Assembly (NCBI RefSeq): GCF_009914755.1
Contig: NC_060925.1
DNA from: the human T2T-CHM13v2.0 reference genome, Homo sapiens
Strand: one strand, 5' to 3'
DNA: 64,000 nucleotides
Position numbers and translations under genes: made by a program. The first letter of the stretch is position 1; the number at the start of each line of letters is the position of its first letter. Shown piece after piece: positions 42,355-53,690 of this stretch. Below the pieces are notes generated by a model, which saw only the letters and a list, made by a program, of their open reading frames with translations, did not search any database and had not been told where the DNA came from.

Positions 42355-42490
42355 ATCTAAAACAATCTTGGAAAAGAAGAGCAAAGTTGGAGGACTCACA
42401 CTTCCCAATTTTAAAATGTACTACAAAGCAACAGTAATTAAGGCAGTATGGAACTGGCATAAAATTAGACAGGTAGATACATGGCAATTA
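42355..42490 (+). mobile_element. L1 ORF2 fragment (L1M-type)
   Basis: aaaacaatcttggaaaagaagagcaaagttggaggactcacacttcccaattttaaaatgtactacaaagcaacagtaatt = [27 protein letters not shown], a recognisable L1 ORF2p segment. Confidence 0.85.
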
Positions 42491-43727
42491 TAATACATTT
42501 ATAAGGTTTTTAATGCAGACAACAGTGTCCCATTTTGGGAAAAAAAATGCCACAAATGTAAGAGCTTATTGATGGGAGGAATTATAAAGTCACATTGGAA
42601 AGGCCCTGACGAGAGGGTAAAGACTTGTGGGCATTTCTTGATCTTCAATATACAATTACTCTACCTTTTGCCACAACTAGTCATATCACTTCCACTTGCA
42701 AAATCCTCTCATCCCCTCCCAAGATCCCCAAAGTTTTATCCAATTGTGGCATGAAGCTTGAAATTGCTGCATAAAGCTTGAAATTTTATATCAGGTCCTG
42801 ATATGGTTCCTCTTGATGCAGATATTAAAGGACCAAAAAGACAAGTTATGGGTCCCACATTCTCCTAACATACAAAGGTAGAAAAGAAGCATGATAGCTA
42901 TAACAAATACTCTCATGTGGAAAAGAATGAATGAAACAGTAGTCGCTGACCAACAGCATTCTGAAATCCTACTGAGCAAATATTGCCAAATTTCCTACTC
43001 TGGGAGTGGGAAATAGTCCTTGATTAAGTGCTATTTTTTGTTTTATAATCTGGATGTTCTAAAGTTAATTGTTCTCTATGGATTTTTATTTTACCTGTGT
43101 GTTCTTTCTTGACTTTGCCAGTTGAAACTACAGTTGACCCTTGAACAACATGAGTCTGAACTTCATAGGTCTACTTATAAGTGGATTTTTTTTTCAATAA
43201 CTATATTAGAAAAAGCTTTGAACATTTGTGATAATTTGAAAAAAACTCAGATGAATGATACAGTCTGGAAATATAAAAGAATAAGAAAAATATGGGTATG
43301 TCATGAATGCATAAAATATATATAGATACTTGTTTATTTTATAATTTACTCATCATAAAGCATACACAAATCAATTGCAAAAAGTTAAAATTTATTGAAA
43401 CTGCTGACACAAACACTAACTGTACATGGTGCCATTTGCAGTGGACAGAAATGTAAATGAATGTAAAGATGTAGTATTAAATCATAACTATGTTACTGAC
43501 TGTGGTACATACTGTATGAGTGTGTTTTTTTTAGCCACCTCCAGTTGCTATTATGGTGAGCTCACGTGTAGTGAGTATCCACTTAAAATCCACCTTGTGA
43601 CATTAATCATCTCCACAGGAGCAAGTTGTCTCTCCAATAAATTGTGTATTGCAGTAAAAAATGATCTCAAAGTTCTCACAAATTTTTCATCCTGCTTAGT
43701 GCAATACCATAAGCCCTGATTAACACC

Positions 43728-46320
43728 ATGGGAGTACACAAAGTTATCAGGGGAACCATTCCCCAATATTTCAACGTAGGTTCTTTCTATTTTCCCTAAG
43801 TGTTGGCTGGTCTGAGAAATAAAGAGAAAGAGTTCAAAGAGGAATTTTACAGCTGGGCCTCCGGGAGTAACATCACATATCGGTATGTCTGTGATGTTCT
43901 CTGAGCTGCAAAACCAGCAAGTTTTTATTAGGGATTTTAAAAGGGGAGGGGGTATATGAACAGGGAGTAGGTCACAAAGACCACATGCTTCAAAGGGCAA
44001 TAAAGATCACAAGGCAAAGAGCAAAATTAGAATTGCTGATGAGGGTCTATGTCCCGCTGTGCACATATTGTCTTGATAAACATCTCAACAGGAAACAGGG
44101 TTCGAGAGCAGAGAACCAGCCTGACCAAATTTTACCAGGCTGGAATTTCCCAATCCTAGTAAGCCTGAGGGTACTGCAGGTGACCAGGGCGTATTTCAGT
44201 CCTTATCTCAACTGCATAAGACAGACACTTCCAGTGTGGCCATTTATAGACCTCCCCCCAGGAATGCAATCCTTCCCCAGGGTATTCCTTGCTGGGAAAA
44301 GAATTCAGTGATATCTCTCTTATTTGCACATCCATTTATAGGCTGTCTGCAAGAAGAAAAATATGGCTCTATTCTGCCCGACCCCGCAGGCAGTCAGAGC
44401 TTATGGTTATCTTCCCTCGTTCCCTGAAAATTGCTGTTATTCTGTTCTTTTTCAAGGTGCACTGATTTCATATTGTTCAAACACATGTGTTTTACAATCA
44501 ATTTGTACAATAGTGGTCCTGAGGTGATGTACATCCTCAGCTTATGAAGATAATGGGATTAAGAGATTAAAGTAAAGACAGGCATAAGAAATTATAAGAG
44601 TATTATAGGGAACTGATAAACGTCCATGAAATCTTCACAATTTATGTTCTTCTGCAGCAGTTCCAGCTGGTCTCTCCATTCAGGGTCCCTGACTTCCTGC
44701 AACACAAAGTGCCACTAGTGATGTGGCAAGAGCTCCGAAGAACCAGAGAAAAGTCATGATACTACAAGAAAAAGCTGAATTGCTCAATGTAAACTGTATA
44801 TTGGGGTCCGTGGCTGTGGTTGCCTGCCATTTCAAGATAAATGAATCCAGGGTAAGGGCTATTGTAAAAAAAGAAAAGGAAATTTGTGAAGCCCTCACTG
44901 CAACTATACCAGCAGGCATGAAAATCTTGTACTTTTTTCAAAATACCCTGTAATCTTGTATTGAAAATGTAGCTTTTATGTGGGTGCAGGATTGTATGAG
45001 AAAGGCAATCCCTATAAGAATCTAATATGATTTGAAGAAAAAGCCATTGTAAGACAACTTAAAGCAGAAGGAGGGCGAAGGATCTAAAGCTCGATAATTT
45101 AATGCCAGCAAAGGATAGTTTGATGATTTTAGAAAGAGGGCTGGCTTTAAAAATACTAAGATAACAGGAAAAGCACCTTCTGCTGACCAGGAGGCAGCAG
45201 ACAAGTTTCCAGGTGCCATTGAGAGAATCATTGAGGAGAAAGGATATCTGCCTAAACTGGTTTTTAATGTAGACAACAGTGCCTCATTTTTGGAAAAAAT
45301 AAAAAAAAAAGCCACAAAGACTATGTATTAGTTAGAAAGAGAAGCAAGCACCAAGATTTAAGATAGAAAAGGTAGGCTTACCCAAGATTTTTGTGCAAAT
45401 ACTGTGGAGTTTATGATTAGGACTGCCATAATCTATAAAGCTGCTAACTCTCAAACCTGGAAGAGAAAAGATGAACACCAGCTGCCAGTCTTTTAGTTGC
45501 ACAACAAGGAGGCCTGAATAAGAAGGTTTTTTTTTCTGGAGTTGTTCAATCTATATTTTTCCCTGAAGTCAGAATGCACTTTGCCAGTAAGAGACTGCCT
45601 TTTAAAGTACTTTTGATATTGAACAATATCCCTAACCAACCAGAACTCCATGAATTCTATGCCAAAGGTGTTGAAGTGGTCTACTTGCTCTTAAACTCAA
45701 TATCTCTAATTCAGGCTCTAGATCAGAGCATCATAAGGACCTTTATGGCTCACTACACATAGTACTCTATGAAAAGGATTATCAATTCTATGGAAAAGAA
45801 CCCCAATAGAGAGAACATCATGAAAGTCTGAAAGGGTTACACTATTAAAGATGTCATCATTGTTACAGAAAAAGCCATGAAAGCCACCAACCCCGAAACA
45901 ATAAATTCCTGCTGGAGAAAAGTATCCAGACATTGTTCATGACTTCACAAGATTTATAACAGAGCCAATTAAGAAAATCATGAAAGAGATTGTGAATATG
46001 GCAAAAAGAAAAAAAAAGGTGCGAGATGAAGGCTTTCCAGATCTGGGTCCTGGAGAAATTAAAGACCTAATAGACACAACATCAGAGGAATTAACAGAAT
46101 ATGACTCAATGGAATTGAGTGCTTCCCAACCAGTGCCAGATTATGAGGAAAAGGCATAGAAGAAGCAGTGCCACAAAACAAATTGACATTAGACAATTAG
46201 ATGGAAGGAAGGTTTTGATTATTCAAGACTGCTTTTGACTTTTTTTATGACAAGGCTCCTTCTCTGATAGTGGCACTGATACTAAAGCAAATGGTGGAAG
46301 AAGAATTATTACTGTATAAA
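43728..46320 (+). pseudogene. Disrupted Tigger2 (pogo-family DDE) transposase
   Basis: ATG at 43728 split from the rest by MER11; psq-HTH 'PKNQRKVMILQEKAELL'; catalytic-region remnants 'GYLPKLVFNVDNS', 'KVLLILNN' (normally LLxLDN) and 'LIQALDQSII'; many stops and frameshifts; 3' boundary approximate. Confidence 0.85.
43745..44704 (-). mobile_element. MER11 (MER11A-like; HERV-K HML-8) solo LTR
   Basis: tatcaggggaacc...aatatttcaacgtaggttc ... gggtccctgacttcctgcaaca; 6-bp TSD CAAAGT at 43739-43744 and 44705-44710. Confidence 0.93.
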
Positions 46321-47098
46321 AATATTTTTAGAGAAATGAAAAAGCAAAAAGACAGAAATTACAATATATTTCCATAAAGTTACACTGAGTGTACCTGCCT
46401 CCCCTGCCTCTTTTCCTACCTCCTCCTCTTCTTCCACTTCTGTCACCCTGGGACAGCAAAACCACCCCTTTCTACTTCTCCTTAGCCTACTCAACATGAA
46501 GACAATAAGGATGAAGACTTTTATGATGACCCACTTCCACTTAATGAATAGTAAATATAGTTTCTATTCTTTATGATTTTCTTAACATTTCCTTTTCTCT
46601 AGCTTACGGTATTGTAAGAATAGAGTATATAATACATATAACATACAAAAATGTGTTAATCAACTATATATGATATTGGTAATGCTTCTGGTCAAGAGTA
46701 GGCCATTAGTAATTACGTTTGTGGAGAGTCAAAAGGGATACATAGATTTTTGACCATGCATATATTGGCATCTCTAACCCCCACAATGTTCAAGTCAACT
46801 TTACTTCCATTTCCCCACCTCCTTGGCCACTCTAAAGACAATACTAGAAAACAGGGCCTTTGAGGAAGTTTCTTAGTTCCTTCTTGGCCAAAAAAAGTTG
46901 AAAGCCCAGAAGCCTTTTTAATTTTCAAATAGCTTATTTTTAATCTGGCAGCACTACTTCCTATATAACTCCCTTAAACACTTTTTAGGTTTTCTATGAA
47001 TCTGATTTCATTCAACTCTAATTATAAAAACAACACCTATGATTATGTTAGTGATAAGCTTCTCTACATAGACTTAATTCCAACTACTTATCCAGCCC

Positions 47099-47356
47099 AT
47101 GTGCATTTCTCTGATGATCAGTGATGTTGAGCTTTTTTTTCATATGTTTGTTGGCTATGTACATGTCTTCTTTTAAGAAGTGTTTGTTCATTTCCTTTGC
47201 CCACTATTTGATAGGGTTGTATTTTTCATGTAAATATGTTTAAGTTCCCTGTAATTTCTGGATATTAGACCTTCGTCAGATGGGTAGATTGCAAAAGTTT
47301 TCTCCTATTCTCTAGGTTGCCTGTTCACTCTGATGATAGTGTATTTCACTGTGCAG
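47099..47356 (-). mobile_element. Internal L1P ORF2 fragment, antisense, without 3'UTR or poly(A)
   Basis: gcatttctctgatgatcagtgatgttgagc...ctggatattagaccttcgtcagatgggtagattgcaaaa...ggttgcctgttcactctgatgatag. Confidence 0.9.
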
Positions 47357-49694
47357 GCCAGATGACACTTTCAATAGTCTACCTGAAGTTCTTCTTAATC
47401 AATTTCAAAAGTGAACACAGATTTATTTGCTGTTATATAGCATGTGTCCATTTTACCAGACTTATCATAATTTTCTCACCATTTTTGTTTAGGCTTTGCT
47501 AACAATTTGCTTGCCATTTTGTCATCTTCTTTCTGCCACCTAGTTCCAAAAGCCAACACCATATATTTTAGGTGTTATAGTATCACTTTTCCTAGGTCCT
47601 AATTTTTGTACAAATTCTTTATTGCTACAGTAACTCCCCCAAAACTTAGTGGCCTAAAGAGCAAGCATTTATTTAATTCGGAATTCTGCTGTTTCTTGGG
47701 CTTGTCTGATAACTCACTCATGTGTCTATGGTCAGCAGGCAGACCAATTATGCACTCTTGTCCAGGACAGCCTCACTTATATGTAGGACTTTGGCTATTT
47801 TTAACTGGGATGATGAGGGAAACAGGGCTATCTTTCTGTCATTTTCAGTGGATTATCCTTAGCTTTAAAGGCATCTACTAACATTGTCTTAAGATTTATA
47901 CTAACTATCAGTCTATTTTCTATTTTGAAAAAGAAAGTTCTTAATTGTTTCTTCACAGAAAATGAAAAACATTTACACAATCATTTATTTTCATATCACT
48001 TTACTATTTTATAATTGTTTATTTACATTTCTACTGATCAGAGACGGACCCCACATATTTTCAGTTTCAATTTCCTGTCTTAATACTTTTACAGCAGTAT
48101 CATGGTACCATAATATTGAAATATTCACAGTATGTCTTAATTTATTTTATTATAGCCCTTTCATTATGCCTAGGCAAAATGAATATAATGTCAATTTCTT
48201 TCAGTGAATAAAATATCTGCAAATATTCACTTTATTAATGGTTCACAGAAATTTGTAGAAGAAAAAAATAAGGATCTATATTTTGAGATATAATAAACAT
48301 TGTTTCCACTGGTACCTTCTTTGTAAGTCATGTAAGCATGCCAAACTAACTCAGGTCTAACAAATAGCTGGTCTACACTTCTATTGAGAGTGAAAAGAAG
48401 TTGATGAGTTATATAGAAAAAAGGCATGGTTAGAATATTCAGATAATATGTTGCATTTGATACATAATTTGTAAAATGCACATTTAAGATTCACACAGAT
48501 TGTTATAAATATATTTATTCATATAGGTGAGTTCTAAGAAGAAACTTCAACACATGCTCTCTCCACGCCTAAGCATATTGGGAAATCAGCAAAAGACAGA
48601 AAATAAAGATTTGGGCTTCAAAGGCAAGAAAAACAAGTGAGTAAATATTTTGAAATGCTTTCTTAACAAAGAATTAATATAAGGCATGTTTTAGTATCTC
48701 ATGCTCTTGTAAATTGCTTCAACAAAGAAAACCTGTCAAAGATTCAAACTCTATTACATGGTGAAAATAAATGACTTCTCATTGTCCTATATATAGAAGT
48801 ATGAAAAATAGAAAGCTTTCCTGAGGATTGCTTGTTGTAGTTGTTGTTGACTAATCAGTGCTTAAAAGCTTGTCAAAATGACACTTTATTTATTTAGATT
48901 AGTGTAAAAATGGAGAGAATTAACCTCCTATACAGATCAAGTAGTTAAAAGTCTAAGATAAATAGAAAATTAAAGATTTGCCTGCTAATGTGCATGAATT
49001 CTAGTCACAAATAAGTCTGTTTTTCTTGGACAGTAGTAAAGTTTAAATTGTGTATTTCTAAGAATGATTTTATTAAATAATGTCTCCAATTTACTGAAAA
49101 TTCTTACTGTGCATCTTCTTTTGCAGTAATGGAGAGGCCAGGGCATTTCTAAGACACTTGGACAGTAAATTACTATTCTGATCCTGCCAGGTCTGCTCAG
49201 ATGCTACATATGCAAATCAGAACCAGAAGCAAGTTTTCCTTTGGTACCCAGCCAACACCTTAGCTATGCCTTTGCTCCATCCTAGTGCTCCTATATAGGT
49301 GGTCATATCAAATATCATTCCTGGTTGGTATTAAGATCTTTGGATCTTAACTGTTATCATTGCATTTCAGTCTTGCTCCGCTTCTTGTGACTGCTATTTT
49401 AAAAATTTTCCCAAATGTAGACATAATTAAGTCTTTCTCAGTAGTTCCTCATTTTTCAAACTCCTTAGAAGAGCAGATAAATTCCTTGAGTATATGAATA
49501 TCCTTCTGTCACCTAATCTGACCTCACACACACATATCTCCTCACATATATCTTCATTTTATGCAAGTCAACTTGACATTCTCCTTCTAACCTTCATGCT
49601 TTAACATTTATTGTTTACTTTGATGAGAACGCACTCTTTTCCATGATTGTTCTACTGAATTCAAACTTCAAGATTCAAATCAAATATCAACTCT

Positions 49695-50157
49695 ACATTA
49701 GTTTCCTATTGTTGCTGAAACAAATTTCCCCAAATTAGTAGCATAAAACAATGGAAATGTATTATTTTACACTTCTGGAGGTCAGAAGTTGAAAATAGGT
49801 CTTCCTAGGCTAAAATCAAGATGTTGGCAGGCCTGCCTTCCTTCCAGAGACTCCAGGGGAGAATCTGTTTCCTAGAGGCCACATTGTCTTATGGAATGGA
49901 GAAATTCCTTTCTTCATCTTCAAAACCAGCAGTGTGGCATCTTCAAAGTGCTCTCTGTGACTCTGACCTCCTTATTTCACTTATAAGGACCATTGGGATT
50001 GTATTGGGTACACCTAAATTATCCAGGGTAATCTTCCCACTTCAAGGCCCTTAATTACATCTGCAAAGTCCCTTTTGCTATGTAGAGTAAGACAGTCACA
50101 GGTTTCTAGAATTAGAATATGGGTATTTTAGGAGAGGGCATTATTCTGCCTACTATA
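49695..50157 (-). mobile_element. MLT1C/D solo LTR
   Basis: attagtttcctattgttgctgaaacaaat...ttctggaggtcagaag...aatcaagatgttggcagg...ggcattattctgcctac. Confidence 0.85.
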
Positions 50158-52984
50158 AACCCCTCAAGGAAGTTTTCCCTTACTTCTCCTTATACTGTTG
50201 GCTTCATTTCATTTACTTTAATTAGAAAGTTAATGTATTGCACTGGAAAGAGGGACAAAAAACTAACTTGTAATTCCTATTAGGGTGACAACTGATAATG
50301 ACGAGTGTTTTCCACCTCATAGTGCTTGCATTTTCATTCTTCATCATCAAATACTCCTCTAGCTTTATAATTTGATGCAACTACAACCATATTTCACATA
50401 TATTGTATATGTAAAATAGGTCATTTGTAAGATCCATTCTAGGGGAAATGATGACAGAGGATCCGATCTGTTGTCATGAATCACAGTGTTTTGTTACTTA
50501 TTCATGATAAAGTTTAGCAATATTTAAAAGCTTTGGGGGTAGAAGCTATTTGTTGCTAAGGCAAGATTTCAACAGAGACAAGAAAATATCCAGGGCTTAC
50601 AGTAATAAAATTAAAGAACCTTTTGGAGTTGTCTTATATGCTAGGGAAATGGGATATCCCCCTAGTCAGAGAATGGGTCCTGGAGCAGCACAATGAACAA
50701 GAGTTCAACTGAGAGACAGCAGGGCCAGGGCCTGCCAGCAAAGTCTTCAATGCTCACAGCCCCATCACCTGTTGCTCTCAACAAAACTGGGTGTGAATCC
50801 AGGTTCCAGGGCTGAGTTTATTAAATACATAGTTTTTCTATCACTTTGGTCTAATAAAAAAAGGTCTTTGGGGTCTTTTCCCTACCTTATCCTATTTAAA
50901 TCAACAAAACAAGTATTAATTGTCATATTTTAATCTGAATAGTTATCACAGGTCTATGTTTTTAAAGAGTAGAAGACACACGATTTTTAAAGTATTTCTT
51001 TTTTTAACGGGAAACCAAGTTTATGAATGTTGCCCACAGATCACAGGACAGAGCCTGGCAGGCAGACAGTCGGAGAACTCCTGCTAAGGCCTGTGTGGTT
51101 GAGCTTCCATGCCTCGGTTCACTCCAGCTGCTGCTATGAAATATAGCCCAGACACAGGGCTAAAAGGGAGCCTCAACTTCCTTGAAAATTGCAGATTTCA
51201 CCATCACCTGTGTGCGTATGGTGCTCAGCTAGTGGCTGCTCATGTCTACGACACAGACCTTTTACATGTTCTGTAGATTACGGCAGACCTTTAGCTCTAT
51301 TACATTTATTTCAGATTAAAGTTTACTGGGTTGTAAAGGGAATTGAGCTGATATAAAACAAAAACAAAAGCAAATTAGGTTTTATGATATTACTTTAATT
51401 TTCAGGTCTACGGTGAGATTATTTTTAGTGTAATAAAATTTCGAACAAGTGAAATACTAGTAATTGTGGTTATATATTGCTTATTTTATATATATATATG
51501 TATAATTTCTTAGTTTTCATCAATGAGTCTTTTTTTCCATCACTTCTCAAAGGGCTTGTTTTACCTTGTGTCTTTGTAGAGATAGTGACTACGTGTAGGC
51601 AGATGGCCTCACTAAGTCACTGCTTGAGCTCATGTATGGTCACTTTTTCCTGTGGATAGTATTTCACTTAATAATTGGGTATGGCCTTATATAACAGAAA
51701 TCTCAAATGATAATGACTTTAATAAAATTGAAATTCATTCTGTCATTCTGTCACTAAGTCATTCATTCACTCAGTTTATAATAATACAAAATCAAGATGG
51801 ACAATTCAAGTCTGGTACAGTAGTAGCTCAAGGGTATCTTGACTATAGACTCTTGTTTCTCTTTATGTTTCCCTCATTTCTGTTGCACCTGCAGTCATGA
51901 AGTTGACATTTCAGACAGATAGAAAGAGAAGCAAAGTATACAAGTCGGTTCTCTTCTAAATGTTCCTAGGTAAACCCCACCAAGATTCTTCTGCTTACAT
52001 CTATTGGTAAGATTATAATGGCATCCGTTAGCTTCAGTGGAAGTAGGGACACTTGTGGATTTTGAGGGGTTTTTTTTGGTTGTGGTTGGTTGTATGTTTG
52101 TTTATGTCTTTTAAAGCTGCACACATTGATTAACCCACAACATCTAGGCTCTACAAGAGAATGTAGCAATCTTAAATGAGCTGTCAAAGATGTTATATTC
52201 TAAAGTATTTTAATTTTTATTTTGAGACTGAATCATAATGCAGAGATAAAATATGCATGTTCAGTATGTCATTACTTGTAAAAATTTATTACAGAATGTC
52301 TTGATAGGCTCAGTTTCTCCTCTTAGTAAGAGAAAATACTTTGAATCATGATTTTGAAGAGAAAATAACTTATCGTTAATTAATAAATGGATTTCTCACT
52401 TCTGCAATGGATTCTATGTTTGCTTGAGAAGCTTCTAAAAGACTTTAACATTAAAGTGAAAAAATCACAGTAGTTTTGAAGTGGTTCAGTCTTTCTTGTG
52501 TTCTCTTTTCCTATCATTAGGGAAAATGTTTCCTTGGGATGGTCTAAGAGAAGGCACTCCGGATTTATACATGTGTTTGATTACTGAAACTTCACTTTCA
52601 ATTTCACTTTCTACTTTTGTAAATAAGAATGGTAATATTTAGCTTTTCAACATCATAGTGTTGTTATAAATATAAAGTAGAAAAAATATTAAGAATTTTA
52701 AAAGTGCTATATAAATTATAGGAAATTATTGACTTATCAGACTAGTTTATAAAATACTTCTTAGAGACAGGAAGAATATTATATGATAACTTCTCCCAAA
52801 ATGTTTTATCATGAGAAACCAAAAGTAATGGCATAATTCTACCCTCTAGATAATGTAAACTTGAGGGAAAAATTACCGCATTGCATAGACCATTTATACC
52901 TCAGTTCCAATCACATGTCTTGAAATATAGTAATAACCATTGAAAAAGTTTTATCATGTAATTTACCTTCTCAAAGTTTTAAAG

Positions 52985-53690
52985 GAATGATAATAATTAT
53001 AACAATAGTTTTCAGTGAACATCCAGTTCATCCTCACAACGATTCATAAGTGCCATTATCTCCATACTCCATAAGAAGAAACCAAGGCTCAAAAATGTTA
53101 AGAAACTTATACAAGGTCACTAAGCTAAAAAGTATTACAGGTGATCTCCTAAGCTTTTGACTCTACAACCTTAACTATTTATCCACAGAATCTCTATGGT
53201 TTCCTTTCCTATGACTGGAAAATAAACTTTCATGTTAATCATTGATTGAGAAAGCATTTTAGACATGTTTTGTGCTTCTTTAAAGTTTTAAGAATCTGTA
53301 CTCGAAATGCTGTGTTCATTCAAATCTCTGGCCTATTTAGCAGGCTAGGGATCTGGCATAATTCAGTTCCAAAGGCGTCTTGGGTATCTTAATCTTTACA
53401 CCTCTGAGACCACGAGGAACTGCTAAAATAACATATGTGGTGGCTAGTAGGCTTTGAGACTTGAGGAGACAATTTATACAATTCTGTTCTGTTCTCAAAA
53501 TTCCAAGTTAGAATTCATATCATTACCGAATGCGTGACCTTAGCAGTTCCCTTATGGTTTCTGGGTCCTGCCTTCCTTGTCTATATAATAGAGATAATGG
53601 TACCCAACTCACTGTGTTGTCAGGGATTAAATAAGACAAAAACATGTATCAGAGTTCTTTGCATATGGAAAGTAGTTAAGGAGTGTTGGT
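52985..53690. mobile_element. MIR fragments
   Basis: 'gaagaaaccaaggctcaaaaatgttaagaaacttatacaaggtcac' and 'cttccttgtctatataatagagataatggtacc'. Confidence 0.6.

Larger units (their letters stand above)
43131..46801 (+). mobile_element. Full-length Tigger2 DNA transposon (~2.7 kb after removing MER11)
   Basis: ta|cagttgacccttgaacaaca ... tgttcaagtcaactt|ta; TIRs and TA TSDs; pogo-type transposase remnants inside. Confidence 0.92.
42560..47870 (-). mobile_element. Old MLT1 MaLR element (partial LTR ~42560-42670, internal pieces ~42670-43128 and ~46804-47605, partial LTR ~47606-47870) hosting nested insertions
   Basis: 'ttgatgggaggaattataaagtcacattg', 'agacaagttatgggtcccacattctcctaacatacaa', 'cctagttccaaaagccaacaccatatattttagg', 'ccccaaaacttagtggcctaaa'. 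Confidence 0.65.

Noticed and set aside
42749-42785. Direct repeat gcatgaagcttgaaatt / gcataaagcttgaaatt
   Set aside because: Two-copy 20-bp-period slippage duplication within MLT1-internal sequence; not an array
51390-51418. Possible 7-nt microexon ttcag|gtctacg|gtgaga
   Set aside because: Weak, A-interrupted pyrimidine tract and frame-shifting length; expected by chance
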